A stretch of DNA of 60,000 nucleotides, from NCBI GenBank assembly GCA_028534125.1, contig CM052818.1, forward strand, positions 38,504,001 to 38,564,000, read 5' to 3'. Below the pieces are notes generated by a model that saw nothing but the letters and a program-made list of their open reading frames with translations, was not told the origin of the DNA and ran no database searches. Positions 24,480 through 37,633 of this stretch are shown here, one piece after another; position 1 is the first letter of the stretch; each line of letters starts with the position of its first letter. Both the position numbers and the translations under genes were made by a program. The stretch is from Lama glama. Lineage: Eukaryota.

Positions 24480-24738
24480 GTGAGTTTTATACTGGTTCTC
24501 CTCGTGGGAGCTGAGGAAGACCCCACATCTCTGTATTAAGTTTGTACCCTCCCTCCACTTGAAATTTCTGGTGCTTCCTCTTTTGTTTTTCAACTGGTCA
24601 TTTTGAGAATAGTGCATTGAAATGAGAAACCAGCAAACATAAATGTGTATTTTAAGATAAACTTTTGTTCTTCTGTTTATTGCTTGTATTCTGTATTCTG
24701 TTATTACTGTAAACCCAGCTATTATTATTATTCTGTAG

Positions 24739-24856
24739 CTATCGTAAGACAGACCCTGCGGGGACACAGGACTTGCTGGACATTGCTGATTACCTGTTGG
24801 AACAGATTCGTGATGACTGCACTGGGAACGAAGATCATACCTACTTAATTCTGAGG
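24739..24856 (+). CDS. APOB: Exon 11 (118 nt)
   Basis: [19 protein letters not shown]...TYLILR; tgtag/gtattt. Confidence 0.94.
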
Positions 24857-24965
24857 GTATTTTCAGTGTTTTGTAGAATATGCATCATTTCAGAAGCACT
24901 TTTCCTGTCCACCCTTCACTTCTCCTTCTGCACCCTAATTCCCTCTTATTTTATTTCCAATGCAG

Positions 24966-25112
24966 GTCATTGGAAATATTGGCAGAACTATGGAGAAGCT
25001 AACCCCAAAACTCACATCCTCCATCCTGAAATGTATCGAAAGTAGACAGCCATCACTGCTGATTCAGAAGGCTGCCATCCAGGCCCTGCGGAAAATGGAA
25101 CTTAGAGACGAG
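24966..25112 (+). CDS. APOB: Exon 12 (147 nt)
   Basis: [10 protein letters not shown]...[11 protein letters not shown]; tgcag/gtgaag. Confidence 0.95.
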
Positions 25113-25825
25113 GTGAAGTCCACAGACGAGGGCTGGAAGGGAAAAGTTTATGTAGATTGACAGAGATTTGGAATGAGATTCTAAATCTCATCATTGCTCT
25201 GACTTTAGTCTTCTGCTTTTTAATTGCAAATTTCAACACACCTATTGACTTCCTAGCAGTATGTGGACTTGAGAGAAATATTTGACCTTGCTACTACTAC
25301 AGCAGGCAGAATGAGATCTTCACTACATGTGTCCTCCTGCCAGACTGACCATCACTCCCATCTTGGCAAAATATGCCTAATTTTCCTAATGCCCCTAATC
25401 TAGGATGGTCAAACTGGCACCACCAGTTTAAGTGGCAAAGACTCCAGAGCTTTGGAGACAACCTTATTTATTTATTAGCTCCAAGTTCTCACTATCCCAC
25501 CCCAGCTTTACGCTCATATTGAAATAATTTATGTTAAAACAACTTTATTTTCAGTTAGTGGTGGATCTCTAGGAAGTGGTAACTTGGCCATAATGGGTGT
25601 ATTTTAATGCAATTGAATTCAGCATGCATTAGATGGGTGTCTTCTGAGAACCCTTCCTTGAGCTCTTTGCTCTGGGGGAACACTGACAAGAAGGTTCAGT
25701 GCCAACATTTGAAGAATTATTATAGAGAAATTCAGCCTGCACATGGTAAGACCAGGCATGTTTGCCGGGCACGTTCTGTGTTCTGACCAGAGGACAGTGA
25801 TAACGGTCCTCTCTTTCGGCTCCAG

Positions 25826-26037
25826 GTCCGGGAAGTCCTTCTTCAGACTTTCCTCAGCAACACCTCTCCTGGGGACAAGCGACTGGCTGCCTACCTCATG
25901 CTCATGAGGGGCCCTTCCCTGTCGGATGTTAGCAAAATCACCGAACTTCTCCCCTGGGAACAGAATGAGCAAGTGAAGAACTTTGTGGCTTCCCACATCG
26001 CCAACATCTTAACCTCGGATGAGCTGTCTATCCAAGA
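25826..26037 (+). CDS. APOB: Exon 13 (212 nt)
   Basis: [28 protein letters not shown]...[15 protein letters not shown]; tccag/gtaagt. Confidence 0.95.
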
Positions 26038-26298
26038 GTAAGTAAGAGCCATTTTCCTCCATCTGCTCCAAAAGACTGAAATTCCAAACCTCGATTCTGA
26101 TTTCACCACTGCCTGCCCTTTATAGAGTGTTTTTCTTCTGGAACAGCATCTGTGTGAAAGTGCAGCAGATCTGAGCCAAACTCTCAGGGCAAGTGAAACC
26201 CACATGGTTTGGTAGTGATTGGAAATCCATATTTACTTGCGGTAAGAGAGTAACACGATGTGGTGTCAGCTCAAAATATCCCCCTTCTTTTCATCTAG

Positions 26299-26536
26299 TT
26301 TGAAGAAGTTAGTGGAAGAAGCTCTGAAAAAATCTCAACTTCCAACTGTCATGGACTTCAGAAAATTTTCCCGGAACTATCACCTTTCCAAATCTATTTC
26401 ACTCCCATCACTTGACCCGTTCTCAGCCAAAATTGAAGGGAATCTTATATTTGATCCAAATGATTACCTTCCTAAAGAAAGCATGCTGAAAGCGACCCTC
26501 ACAGTCTTTGGATTTGCTCCAGCTGACCTGTTCGAG
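26299..26536 (+). CDS. APOB: Exon 14 (238 nt)
   Basis: [10 protein letters not shown]...GFAPADLFE; tctag/gtatgt. Confidence 0.95.
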
Positions 26537-26799
26537 GTATGTGTGAGACTGAAGCAGAGTCTGACGTTTTCCAATGCATTCTGTTCTCCCCCATAAGTAG
26601 AACGTCAGGTCAAGGGAGCTGTGAGGCAGCCACCAGAGGAACAAGAATCATCAGGCAGTTGTACCATCACTTTGAGGCCTTCTTCTCTCCCTCCTCCCTC
26701 ACCTTCCTGCCTCCCTGATGGGGGTCATCTGAAGCATGACTCCTTAGAATGGATGGAAATGCAGATGACTCAGAGAAGCCCTTAGACCCAAAATCCAAG

Positions 26800-27045
26800 G
26801 AAGCACATGGGCTGCACAGTCAGACGGAACTGGTTCAAACCCCAGATCCACTCCCAACTCTGAATCTCTGGTTTAACTATTTATCTTCTCTGAACCTTAG
26901 CTGCTTCTTCTAGAAAAAAAAAGGCACATAATAAGTTCTGCCATTCAAGATGCTGGTGAGATTTAAATAAGACAACTCCTACGGAGTGCTAAGCTCAGCT
27001 CCTGCCCTGTAGTATTCACTGAATACTTGTTGAATGAAATGAACA
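26800..27045 (+). mobile_element. MIR SINE
   Basis: ggttcaaacccc ... cttctctgaaccttag ... ggtgagatttaaataag. Confidence 0.6.
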
Positions 27046-27119
27046 TAAAGAGGGGAATGGGAGGCTGACAGACCACAGAGAAACCTGATGGCATTTTCTT
27101 GGTTGACTTCCTCTCTCAG

Positions 27120-27296
27120 ATTGGTTTGGAAGGAAAAGGCTTTGAGCCAACATTGGAAGCTCTTTTTGGAAAGCAAGGATTTTTCCCAGACAGTGTCAGC
27201 AAGGCTTTGTACTGGGTTGATGGTCAAGTTCCTGATCGTGTCTCCAAGGTCTTGGTGGACCACTTTGGCTACAGCAAAGATGACAGACGTGAGCAG
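27120..27296 (+). CDS. APOB: Exon 15 (177 nt)
   Basis: [18 protein letters not shown]...DDRREQ; ctcag/gtattt. Confidence 0.95.
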
Positions 27297-27887
27297 GTAT
27301 TTTTTTTTTTTAAGTATCCTCTCAAGGAAAGCTTTGGGTGTCAATGCGGAAACATTTTTATCTAAGCCTGGAAGTCATCAAGGAATGATCTAACTGACAA
27401 ATATGGCTGTTGTCAATCAGTCTGGTGGGAAGAAGAGCCAGAATCCTCTGCAGCTGTGGGCCTCCTGGAGATTCAGATGCATGTTGAATTCAGTCGCATC
27501 AGAGCGAACTCTGGGGCATGGGTTTGAACCTTGCGCTCTCCAAGCTCTGCATACCTATGCAAGTTGCTTGATGTTATGTCTCTCTGTTTCAGCATCCACA
27601 GAGTGCTAATGCTAATCCATACACTTCACAAGGATGTTTAAAGACTAAATGAAAAAATGTAAAATGCTAACCAGAGTGCCTGACTCCGGTACTGATTATT
27701 CAATAAGCAGATACTATCATACTTTTTAAATTCATGTTTTCATTGTTATTAACTACTTTCTTTGGCTCTTACCCTCATCTGTGCACTAGCTTATGGGAGC
27801 ACAATCCTCTTCAGTGCCAGCATAAGCCTCCACTGAAGGAGTAGAAAATAGATTGTATAACCTGAAACTTCTTATTCCTTAACTTTC

Positions 27888-28040
27888 TGCTACCCAAAGT
27901 ATGGTCTAGTCATTGGCATCACATCACCAGAGCTTGTTAGAAATGCAGGTTCTCAGGCCCCTCTGGGCTCTACTGAATCAGAATCTGCATTTTCATGAGA
28001 TCCCCAGGTGACTGGGATGCACATTTCAGTTTGAGAAGCA
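27888..28040. mobile_element. MER5-type hAT-Charlie element
   Basis: gagcttgttagaaatgcag ... tactgaatcagaatctgcatttt ... agtttgagaagca. Confidence 0.85.
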
Positions 28041-28673
28041 GGATGATAATTTGCTCCTAGATGCTCACAAATGGTCCTACCTCCATCTCCTGATTTACTT
28101 ACCTCCACTCGAGGCTGAGGGTCTTTGATCTGTTTTGGGTCTGTGGTCACTCTTTTCTTTCTCAATGCCTAAGAACCAGCCTGTGGAATTCTTATCTCTA
28201 AGAATAACTTATGTAGAGAAGAACTTATCTAAATCAGGTATTTTCAAGCTTTTGGCTAATGTATATGGCAGCTAAGCTTTCCCAAGAAACCCCAAGTGTT
28301 CTTCCCTATCAAAGGAAAGAGGGAAGAAGCAGGGGAGAGGGGAGAGGCAGAGGATCTTCTAATCTTGGGGGGCCATAGGGATCCTGGGATCCTGGAGAGC
28401 AGAGATCACACTGACTATGCCTACATCATTCAAGTTAAGAACAGTGTGGAAGCACCACTGTCCCTGACAAGACCTGTTTCTTCATCTCAGTTTGGAGGAG
28501 CTATCTTTTGATGACAGGTGGGAGCCTGATCTCAGTGTCTGCCTTGCGTCCCCATTTCCTTGAGTGTTTGTGTCTAGGCCCATCACAACTGCAGCAGATG
28601 GAACCCACTCAGCCATCTAAAGTTGTTTGTCAGTGCTAACAGCTCACTAGACATTTTGTTGTTAAAATCCCAG

Positions 28674-28865
28674 GACATGGTCAACGGAATTATGCTTAAT
28701 GTGGACAAGCTGATCAAAGACTTGAAATCCAAAGAACTCCCAGAAGCCAGAGCCTACCTCCACATCTTGGGAGAGGAGCTTGGCTTTGTCAAGCTGCATG
28801 ACCTCCAGCTCCTGGGGAGGCTGCTGCTGAATGGTGTCCATACTCTGCAGGGGATCCCCCAGTTG
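28674..28865 (+). CDS. APOB: Exon 16 (192 nt)
   Basis: DMVNGIML...LQGIPQL; cccag/gtaagt. Confidence 0.95.
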
Positions 28866-29086
28866 GTAAGTGGGCCAGGCCCCATCAAAGGGTGATGAGA
28901 TTAGCCTGTGCTCTTTTGGGATCTCCCAGACTCCCTTATGATCCCAGCCACGCCAACCAGAGAAAGTACTTGTTCTTCCTTCAGAGAGGCAGGTTTCCCT
29001 TGAATTTCAGGGAAGAAAATTCTTGGATTGCAAGGAACCCATAACATTTAGAAATGAAGCTAGTCATCATGTTAGATGTATCTTTT

Positions 29087-29240
29087 TTTTAATTGAAGTA
29101 TATAGTCAGTTATAATGTGTCAATTTCTGGTATACAGCACAATGTCCCAGTCACGCATATACATAAATATATTTGTTTTCATAGTCTTTTTTTTATTAAA
29201 GGTTATTACAAGATAGTGAATATAGTTCCCTGTGATTGGA
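29087..29240 (-). mobile_element. Young truncated L1 3' end with perfect 14-bp TSD
   Basis: TAGATGTATCTTTT at 29073-29086 and 29241-29254; same family as 19296-19500. Confidence 0.88.
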
Positions 29241-29961
29241 TAGATGTATCTTTTAAGAGGATTTATTTGTTCATCTGAAAAACAATGTTAAGTGTATCTC
29301 CCTCTACCTAAGCCACAGGTTTCTTTTAATATTGAAATGATGTAATGATTAAGAAAGAATGTGTGTGGCAAACTAAAATCTGCTATCTAAATATGAACTA
29401 TAGTTTTTATAGTTATTCATTTATTAAGAAGGGAGAAAATAACCAAATACACTCCCTAAGGTGCAGTGAATAATAATGTGGCTTTAATAAAACATCTCAA
29501 TTTACTTTCCAGATGTGTTATAAAAAAACAAAAAGCAATGCATACTGATATGTACATCATTTAAATTAAGCTCATCAGTTTAAAAAAAAATTGGTTTTTA
29601 CCATAATATATTGTGCTGCAAATAAACCCTCACTTACATTTAGACTCCAGAAAACTAGAATTAAGCCATGCCATGCAATGATACTTAACGTTCATAAATC
29701 TCAGAGGCCCAGAAATATTCTGAAGTGCTTTCTGAATCACCAGTTGAAAATGACATGATATCTACCCACAGCAATTTTTTGTTTCCCAATTTGTTGAAAG
29801 TAATAGTTATTCATCTATTAAACTATTCGGCTAATTAAAATATGCTGGTCCCTTCCTTTCTGGATAAAGAAGAATAACTGTTGTCTGATGTGTGGGAGGT
29901 TGCATTTCACGAAGCACCCTTTGGTGAGGCTTTCTTTTACTCTCGCCTGTCGGATCTACAG

Positions 29962-30129
29962 ATTAGAGAGACCATAAGGAAAGGCTCAAAGAATGACTTG
30001 TTTCTTCACTACATCTTCATGGACAACGCCTTTGAACTCCCCACTGGCCTTGGATTACAACTGCAAGTGTCCTCCTCCGGAGTCATCACTCCTGGAATGA
30101 AGGCTGGAGTGAAACTGGAAGTAGCCAAT
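29962..30129 (+). CDS. APOB: Exon 17 (168 nt)
   Basis: [20 protein letters not shown]...KLEVAN; tacag/gtaaga. Confidence 0.95.
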
Positions 30130-30553
30130 GTAAGACTCTGCTCACCTTTTGATTCCTTCAGGGCAGGTGCTCGTGCAATTTAAAAATGTGTTTCCAATTC
30201 AAGACGAAGTGCATCATCACTGTAATCACCTCAGTAACTTTTATGAAAACCCTTAGGGTTCCCCTGGGGTGCCCCACCTCACTCGCTCCACTTGGGCGCG
30301 GCAGTCAAGAGGTTTCTGTTATCTTTTTATCTTGCTGTGCTGAAAGTTAACTTGGCCACTTCCCAGTCCTGGGTACACATTCTGGCCCTGGAGGATTGAG
30401 AACTTGGCTTTTGTCCTACAAAAAAGTCTCCATAATGTTTCCCCTAGTGTGAGTGATCCAGGGATGTTTGCCCAGGGGTGGGAAGGGTGGTTGATCTGAC
30501 CGCAGGGGACAGGTTGTTTAACAAAGACGAGTAGGCCGCTTTTTGACTTACAG

Positions 30554-30765
30554 ATGCAGGCAGAACTGGTGACAAAGCCTTCTGTGTCTGTGGAGTTTGT
30601 GACAAATATGGGTGTCATCATTCCGGACTTTGCCAGGAGCGGGGTCCAAATGAACACCAACTTCTTCCATGAGACAGGCCTGGAGGCGCGGCTGGCCATG
30701 AAGGCCAGGCAGCTGAGGTTCATCATTCCTTCTCCTAAGAGGCCAGTCAAGCTCTTCAGTGGCAG
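30554..30765 (+). CDS. APOB: Exon 18 (212 nt)
   Basis: [20 protein letters not shown]...PVKLFSG; tacag/gtaatt. Confidence 0.95.
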
Positions 30766-30814
30766 GTAATTCTTTCAGTCAGATCTGAATCAACAGTTTG
30801 AAAGAGAGAATTAA

Positions 30815-30977
30815 TTAGTTTATTTGGGGGGGTGTTTTTGTTTCTTCGGTTTTTATTGCCGGTCAGGGGGGACTAGGTTTATTTACTTATTTATTTTAAT
30901 GGAAGTATTGGGGATCAAACCCAGGACCTCGTGCAGTCTAAGCATGTGTTCTACCACTGAGCTATACCCTCCCCACC
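30815..30977 (-). mobile_element. tRNA-derived camelid SINE (vic-1-like)
   Basis: Minus strand GGGGAGGGTATAGCTCAGTGGTAG...GGTTTGATCCCC (A and B boxes); 14/15 TSD at 30800-30814 and 30978-30992. Confidence 0.85.
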
Positions 30978-31469
30978 GAAAGAGAGAAGTAAGACTACAG
31001 GACTTGGCCAGGCCAGACAGCCGACTGAGATGATTCAGGCCCCAGTGGATGGGGGGGGCAGGGGTATGGGGGCAAAGGCGGGGAATGGAGAGAGGGAGAA
31101 GGCACTGGATTACCTATTTTTAACCTGGCCTAGATCCACTACATAAGTGTCCGCCATTTTTCACATTTTACTGAGGTGAGACTTAAGATCTCCTGCTTAG
31201 GTAGTTGCTATTAGGTTGTGTGTTTTTTGTTGTTTTTGAGAATGGAAAAAAAAAACACCAGCTGCAGAGGAGTCATCCTTGGGAAATGAGCACTGTTCCC
31301 AGGAAGATACCAAAGGAGCTACCAATCTGTGGCAGCTAGCTCGGTGGGAAAAGCCTGGAAGTCCTGATCCCCTGATCATGCGGGGCAGCCTCACATGGAG
31401 AGCTCCATCCTCAAACATCCATTCACCTTAGTTTCCATATTTTGGACACATTAGCTTGTTGATTCACAT

Positions 31470-32480
31470 GTAATAAAAATAGTGCTTAATTGCCTAATAT
31501 AGAAGCACGTTGAATGAGATGCACGAGGTCCCTGACCTAGAGCCTCCAGCTTACAGGAGGGCTGAGGTAGAGGAAGCACTGGAGGACCATGAAATTCTGT
31601 GTCGTGGAACCTGTGGCAGTGAGAGAAAGCTTTCTGAACAAAGCCCCCCTGAGCTGAGCCCTGGAAGCTGTGTCAGAGTTACCCAGACAAAAGAGGAAGG
31701 CATGAGCGTTCCCGGGCAAAGGGAAGAGCACGTGCAGCAGCCTGAAGGGAACGTAAAGCGGTCGGGGAGCTACAAGAAACTCCGTGTGGTCAAGAGTGTG
31801 GGGTGCGCAGTGACGGAGGCCGTGCCGGGCTGGCCAGGGGCAGCCCGCGGAGCCACCTTAAGGAGTTTGGACTCTTCTGAAGGCAGAAGGGCTTAACATG
31901 GGAGCATATATAAAATAAGGCTGGTGTTTTAGGAAACTCTGATCCCAGAGTGGAAGGTGGGGGGACAGGAAGCGTGGCTGGTGACAGGAAGTCCCACTGG
32001 GAACCTGTTACGATTGCCCACGGGAGAGAGGTGAAAGTGGTCCGTGCTAGACGAGGCCCAGGTGGGGAGAGGGGTGAGCCCACCCGGGAATCCTCAGGAG
32101 GTAGGAACGGGAGTACTTGGTGATTGACTGGGCATGGGGCCAGGAAGGAGGTGAGGAAAAAGAAAGAGGAAAGAGGGACTGAAGAGGGAGAGCGGCTGGC
32201 GTGGAGGATGATGACAAATTCAGTTTTCAGTGTGCCGCCTGGCAGGCCTGTGAGACAGCTGATTACAACATCCAGCTGAGAGTCGGGCCCGTGGGCCTGA
32301 GCTCAGAAAAAAGGTTCAATTTCTATATACAGATTTGGGACTCATCGGCACATAGAGGTTGTTGAAGTTAGTGATCACCACGTAGAGACTGGGGCAGGGA
32401 CTGGGACAGAAACGTGGAGAAGATACACACGTGAAGGGAAGAGGCATAAGCGAAGAGCGAGAAGAGGTGACCAGAGAGGC
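31470..32480 (-). mobile_element. Degenerate L2 LINE
   Basis: Purine-rich reverse L2 motifs (tacagatttgggactcatcggcacatag); limits approximate. Confidence 0.65.
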
Positions 32481-33458
32481 AGGAGAACCAAGGCCATCAG
32501 GGGCGTAGAAGCCCAGGAGTGGCCCCACAGGGAGGCCATAGCTGGCACTTAGGGCTCCAGCCCACCCACCAGCACAGCCTAGTCTTAGGGCACCTCTAAA
32601 ATGAGGACCCAGCACTGAGAAAAGAATATGAAAGCATCCTTGGATGAAACCAGGACACTGTTGAACTTTTTTGCACTTTCGTACTTTTTAAGTAATTGGC
32701 AGGAAGTTACCATCATCTTTTTCAGAAGTTTCAGATGGTAAAGTCTTAATCTGGCCATAAGGGAGCAGCTCTACTGAATGCTTCCAAGAGATCAAGAAAG
32801 AGTGTCCATTGGAGGCGACTGGAGAGGCTGTTAGAAGCAGCTCCAGAAGCACCTGTTCAGTAAGAAGGCTGTTGAAAGTGGAGGCTGCAAAGGCTGGCAA
32901 GTTTCTTGATTGTGAGGGAGACCACAGGAGGCTAGAAGCGAAGGCAAGGGGTGTTGTGTGTATGCACGTGTGTGTGTGTACACAATGCAAGAAGAGACTT
33001 GAGTGTGTTTAATGCTGGTGCAAAGAAGCCAGTAGGGAGAGATTTCAGATGAAAGAGAAGCAGGGCACCCCTTATCCCGCACCTTGGGCAGGAAGGGGCA
33101 CACCCACGGTCAAGTCCCAGTCATCATCCTTACCTCTCTGGGCCTGTTTCCTCTGTAAAAGGAGACTCTTAATGCCTACCATTGTGGAAATTACAGATAA
33201 CAGATGTAACAAACTTAGTGCAGTCAGTGCCTTAGTGCAAGTTGTTTTGGGAAATGTGAGAGTCACTGTGATTGTTGCCTTGTTGATGTTCTTACTGTTC
33301 TTTGATTCTGGGTAAATCAAAGAATTTGAAGTGGGTGTGGCCAGGAGGGAGATGGAGAGCAGGATAAAGAAAGGAGCATTTGCATGGGGAGAATTGGTGA
33401 TGTTCATTTTGGTTCATGACTTGAAGATAACTCAGGTTTTTTCCCCTCTCTTCACTAG

Positions 33459-33641
33459 TAACACATTGCATTTGGTCTCTACCACCAAAACGGAAGTGAT
33501 CCCACCTCTAATTGAGAACAGGCAGTCCTGGTTGACTTGCAAGCCTTTCTTTACTGGCCTGGACTACTGCACCTCGGGCGCTTACTCCAATGCCAGCTCC
33601 ACAGACTCTTCCTCCTACTACCCGCTGACAGGGGACACCAG
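33459..33641 (+). CDS. APOB: Exon 19 (183 nt)
   Basis: [24 protein letters not shown]...YYPLTGDTR; actag/gtcaga. Confidence 0.95.
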
Positions 33642-34413
33642 GTCAGAGATGCTCAGTGTCCTCACCCAGCATCCACTCACTTTCTTCATTATGGCCACCT
33701 ATCAGGGCCAACGGAAAATGTATGTTGGAGGTGCTGTGTCACCAGCCACAGGAATTTGCACTGTCCTTTGATTATTTAGAACAGTGGACCTTTGCCCAGC
33801 ACACCTGAAGGGTACCCACATTCCTACCTGCCCTTTGATTCTAGGACAGGGTGTCTCCATAGGTGGGAGGGGAAGGGCAGTGTTGGAAGGTGAGGCGTCA
33901 TGATCCCTAAGGGAGGTCTTAGCTCAAAAGATAAATAACCAAGATGATTACTTCAACTCTCTCAGGGAATGGTACCCATTGTCAATTGAGAATCACTCCT
34001 TTAAAAGCATCTCTTTGTAGGTGATACCCCATCTCCCTCCCTCAGGCATTTGAGGAGCCATCTCAGTATGGACGGATACTGAGTTGCTCCTAATTCAGTA
34101 TCCACATCTCTGAGCCTCCAGACACACTGTCATGATCCTTCCTGGAGCCCACTCCCACCTCTTGTTCTCAGCTTTGCTGACACACCAGCCAGCTTCTGCT
34201 CTGCTGGTTCAGAAACCCGGGGCATCCTGGGATCTGTCCTTGCCTCGGGCTTTTGGAGAGACTGAAAGGGCTTTACCATTAGTTAAGGACAAGAGACAGT
34301 GTTAAATAAGGACCATATTTTCGCTGCAATTGAGGCTGAGTTGTTTGGGGGACAATCATCATCACCATTGACAGCTCTAACCTTACACACCATGTGCATT
34401 ATAACATCTTTAG

Positions 34414-34535
34414 ATTTGCACTGGAACTGAAGCCAACGGGAGAAGTAGAGCAGTATTCTGCCAGCATGTCCTATGAACTCCAGAGAGACGGTGAAGCCTT
34501 GGTGGACATGCTAAAGTTCGTAACACAGGCAGAAG
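34414..34535 (+). CDS. APOB: Exon 20 (122 nt), followed by a GC donor
   Basis: FALELKPTGEVEQYS...KFVTQAEG; tttag acceptor; donor GAAG|gcaagt joins in frame to exon 21. Confidence 0.9.
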
Positions 34536-34614
34536 GCAAGTATCCTGGAGAGGGCGCCTTTATTCTCTGCCCTCAGTCCTGGCCCAGGACTCACAATGAG
34601 AACATACTTATTTA

Positions 34615-36625
34615 ATGTAATTAACAAATATTTACTGAGTGGCAGGTAAAAGTCAAAACTGTTCTAAGAGCTGATGCTAAAACAATGAACAATGGAGATA
34701 AAGTCACTGCTTTTGCAGAGTTTATAGTAAATAACCAAACAGGTCAGTATTCAGAATGTCGGATTGGTGCTGGGCAGAAGAATAGAGCACAGAGGGGTCT
34801 AGGGAATGTTAGGCGTGGCAGCAAGGAGGAAGGATGGGGGAAGGCAGCGCCACTTGGAATGATAAGGGGAAACTCTCACTGGTAAAGGGAGCATAAAATA
34901 ACGACCTGAAGGAAGTCATGGGAAAAGCCATACGGAAAAGTGTTACGGGCTGAAGGGCCAGCAGGTGCAAAGGCCCTGAGGCAGGTGCATGGTTGCTGTG
35001 TCTGGGGAAAGGGAAGAAAGCCAGCATGGCTGAAGCAGAGAGTGGAGGGAAGAAAGTAGTAGATGAAGTGAGAGAGACAGGAGGTGGTCGGGGAGGGATG
35101 GTCCGTAGGCTGTGGTAAGGGTGTTGGCTTTTACAATGAGTGAAACAAGAAGCTACTATTGTTTTAATTTAAGTATAGTTGATTTACAATAGTGTGTTAG
35201 TTTCAAGTGTATAGAAAGTGATTCAGTTATATATGTTTTTTTCTTCAGATTCTTTTCCATTATAGGTTATTACAAGATACTGAATATAGTTCCCTGTGCT
35301 ATCCAATAGGTCCTTATTGTTTATCTATCTTAAACATAGTAGTTTGTATCTGTTAATGCCAAACTCCTAATTTATCCCTCCCCTCCTTCCACTTGGGCAA
35401 ATGAAAGTTTGTTTTCTATGTCTGTGAGTCTGCTTATGTATTACAAATAGTTTATATCATTTTTTTAGATTTCACACATAAGTAATACATGATATTTGTC
35501 TTTCCTTGTCTGACTTACTTTACTTAGTATGATGATCTCTAGGTCCATCCATGTTGCTGCAAATGGCATTATTTCACTCTTTTTTATGGCTGAGTAGTAT
35601 TCCATTGCATACATATACCATGTCTCCTCTAACCACTCATCTGTTGATGGACACTTAGGTTGCTTTCATGTCTTGGCTATTGTAAAATAGTGCTGCTGTT
35701 GGGGTGCATGTATCTTTTTGAATTAAGAGTTTTCATCTTTCCTAGGCATATGCCCAGAAGTGGGATTGCTAAATCATATGGTAACTCTATTTTTAGTTTT
35801 TTAAGGAACCTCCATACTGTCCTCCAAAGTGACTGCACCAATTTACAGTCCCACCAACAGTGTAGGAGGGTTCCCTTTTCTCCACCCTCTTCAGCATTTA
35901 TTTTTTGCAGGCTTTTTAATGATGGCCATTCTGACCTGTGTGAGGTGACACCCCATTGTAGTTTTGATTTGCATTTCTCTAATAATTAGCAATATTGAGC
36001 ATCTTTTCATGTGCCTGTTGGCCATCTGAATGTCTTCTTTGAAGAAATGTCTATTTAGATCTTCTGTCCATTTTGTGATTAGGTTGTCTGGTTTTTGATA
36101 TTGAGCTGTATGAGCTATTTGTGTATTTTGGAAATTAATTCCTTGTCAGTTGCATCATTTGCAAATATTTTCTCCCATTCTGTAGGTTGTCTTTTCCGTT
36201 TGCTTATGGTTTCCTTTGCTGTGCAGAAGCTTATAAGTTTGGTTAGGTCCCACTTGTTTATTTTTGAAGAAGCTACTGTTTGATTTGTGTTTATGTGGAG
36301 GGAAGACTTTAGGGGCACCAGGGCAGGGAAACCAGTATGTAGGCTGTCACAATAGTCCAGGCCAGAGATGGTGGCTCTGGATTAGAGTGGTGGCAACGGG
36401 GATCTGAGAAGTGGTTGGATTCTGGTCATATTTTGAAGATTAGGTGGACAAAATTTGCTGAGACAGTGGATTGGGACAACTATCAGAGAAAAAAGGCAGC
36501 CAGGACAGCTCTAAGTTTTAGGCCCGAGCAACTAAAGAATGGGGTTGCCATTTACTGAGATGGAAAAGGCTACTGGAGGAGCAGGTTTTAGGGGATGGGG
36601 AAACTTAGATGCTCACTTTAGAAGA
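34615..36625 (-). mobile_element. L2 LINE split by an L1 insertion
   Basis: aacaaatatttactgag; aggtgcaaaggccctgaggcagg; ggttgccatttactgagatgg. Confidence 0.75.
35161..36266 (-). mobile_element. L1 3' end (about 1.1 kb) with TSD
   Basis: Classic reverse L1 text; TSD aagaagctact(a/g)tt at 35147-35160 and 36267-36280. Confidence 0.92.
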
Positions 36626-36884
36626 TTTTTTACCTAGATTTTTTTACCTGTATGTCACACAATTAAATGAGAAAAACAAAACCCACAGGAGAGGGGGTGC
36701 ATGCAAGGGATACATACTGAAAAAAGTGTCATGTGACAAGAAAAGATATAAAATGGGTACACCTGTGGACTGAGGGAAACTGAGAATCCTGTGACAAAGG
36801 AAGCGAGGAACCGGGACAGGTTTGTAGGTAGAGGGTCCTATAAAGATGTCATGTTCCCCTGACACAGAAGGACTCCAAGCCCGT

Positions 36885-37265
36885 ATTGTTCCTCGAACAC
36901 GCTGAGTGTTTCTCATATCAGAACCTTTTGCATTTCCGGTTCCCACTGCCCGGAATGCTCTCGCCCACCCCCAGGAGGCAGCATGGCTCAGCCTCTCTCT
37001 TTGTTCAAGTCTCTGCCCACATACCCCCTTATCGGAACTCTGACCACCACACATGAAAGGGCACCTCTTCTGTCCCTTTCTATCCTTCATCATCTTACCC
37101 AGTTTTACTTTTCTTCCTAACATTTATTACCACCTGACATAAGTAATCTACTTTCTTATTGTCTGTACCCCTCCCACGAGAATGTCAGCTCTAGGAGGGT
37201 AGGGACTCCCAGTGCCCAGAGCAGTGCCTAGCACGTGATAAGCCATAAGCAAATATTTACAAATG
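36885..37265 (+). mobile_element. L2 3' end
   Basis: agaatgtcagctc ... agcagtgcctagcacgtg ... aaatattt. Confidence 0.8.
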
Positions 37266-37422
37266 TGCGAGTACCACTGGGTTAAAAGTTTAAGGTTAAA
37301 TCCTGAACTGTGTCCTCTTTTAAGCACATAAAGTACTTGGGGGTTTCTCTGCCTTTTTCTGTCTTTCCTTCCTAAACATGGTTTCTGAATACACGCCTTG
37401 GTTCTCTTGTACATACTTCCAG

Positions 37423-37633
37423 GTATGAAGCAAACTGAGGCTACTCTGATGTTCAGATATAATCGGCAGAGTAAGACTCTGTCCAGTGAAATCCAAATCC
37501 CAGATTTTGACGTTGACCTTGGAACAGTCCTCAGAGTTAGTGATGACTCCGCTAAGGAAAAACAATCTTACAGGCTCACCCTGGACTTTCAGAACAAGAA
37601 GATCACTGAGGTCACCCTCACCGGCCACATAAG
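37423..37633 (+). CDS. APOB: Exon 21 (211 nt)
   Basis: [16 protein letters not shown]...EVTLTGHIS; tccag/gtaagg. Confidence 0.95.

Noticed and set aside
30900..30974. Possible tRNA gene (also 58875-58951)
   Set aside because: A-rich tail and no intact cloverleaf; TSD at the first copy; these are SINEs
35660..36318. ORFs in intron 20
   Set aside because: Translations of a truncated L1 fragment
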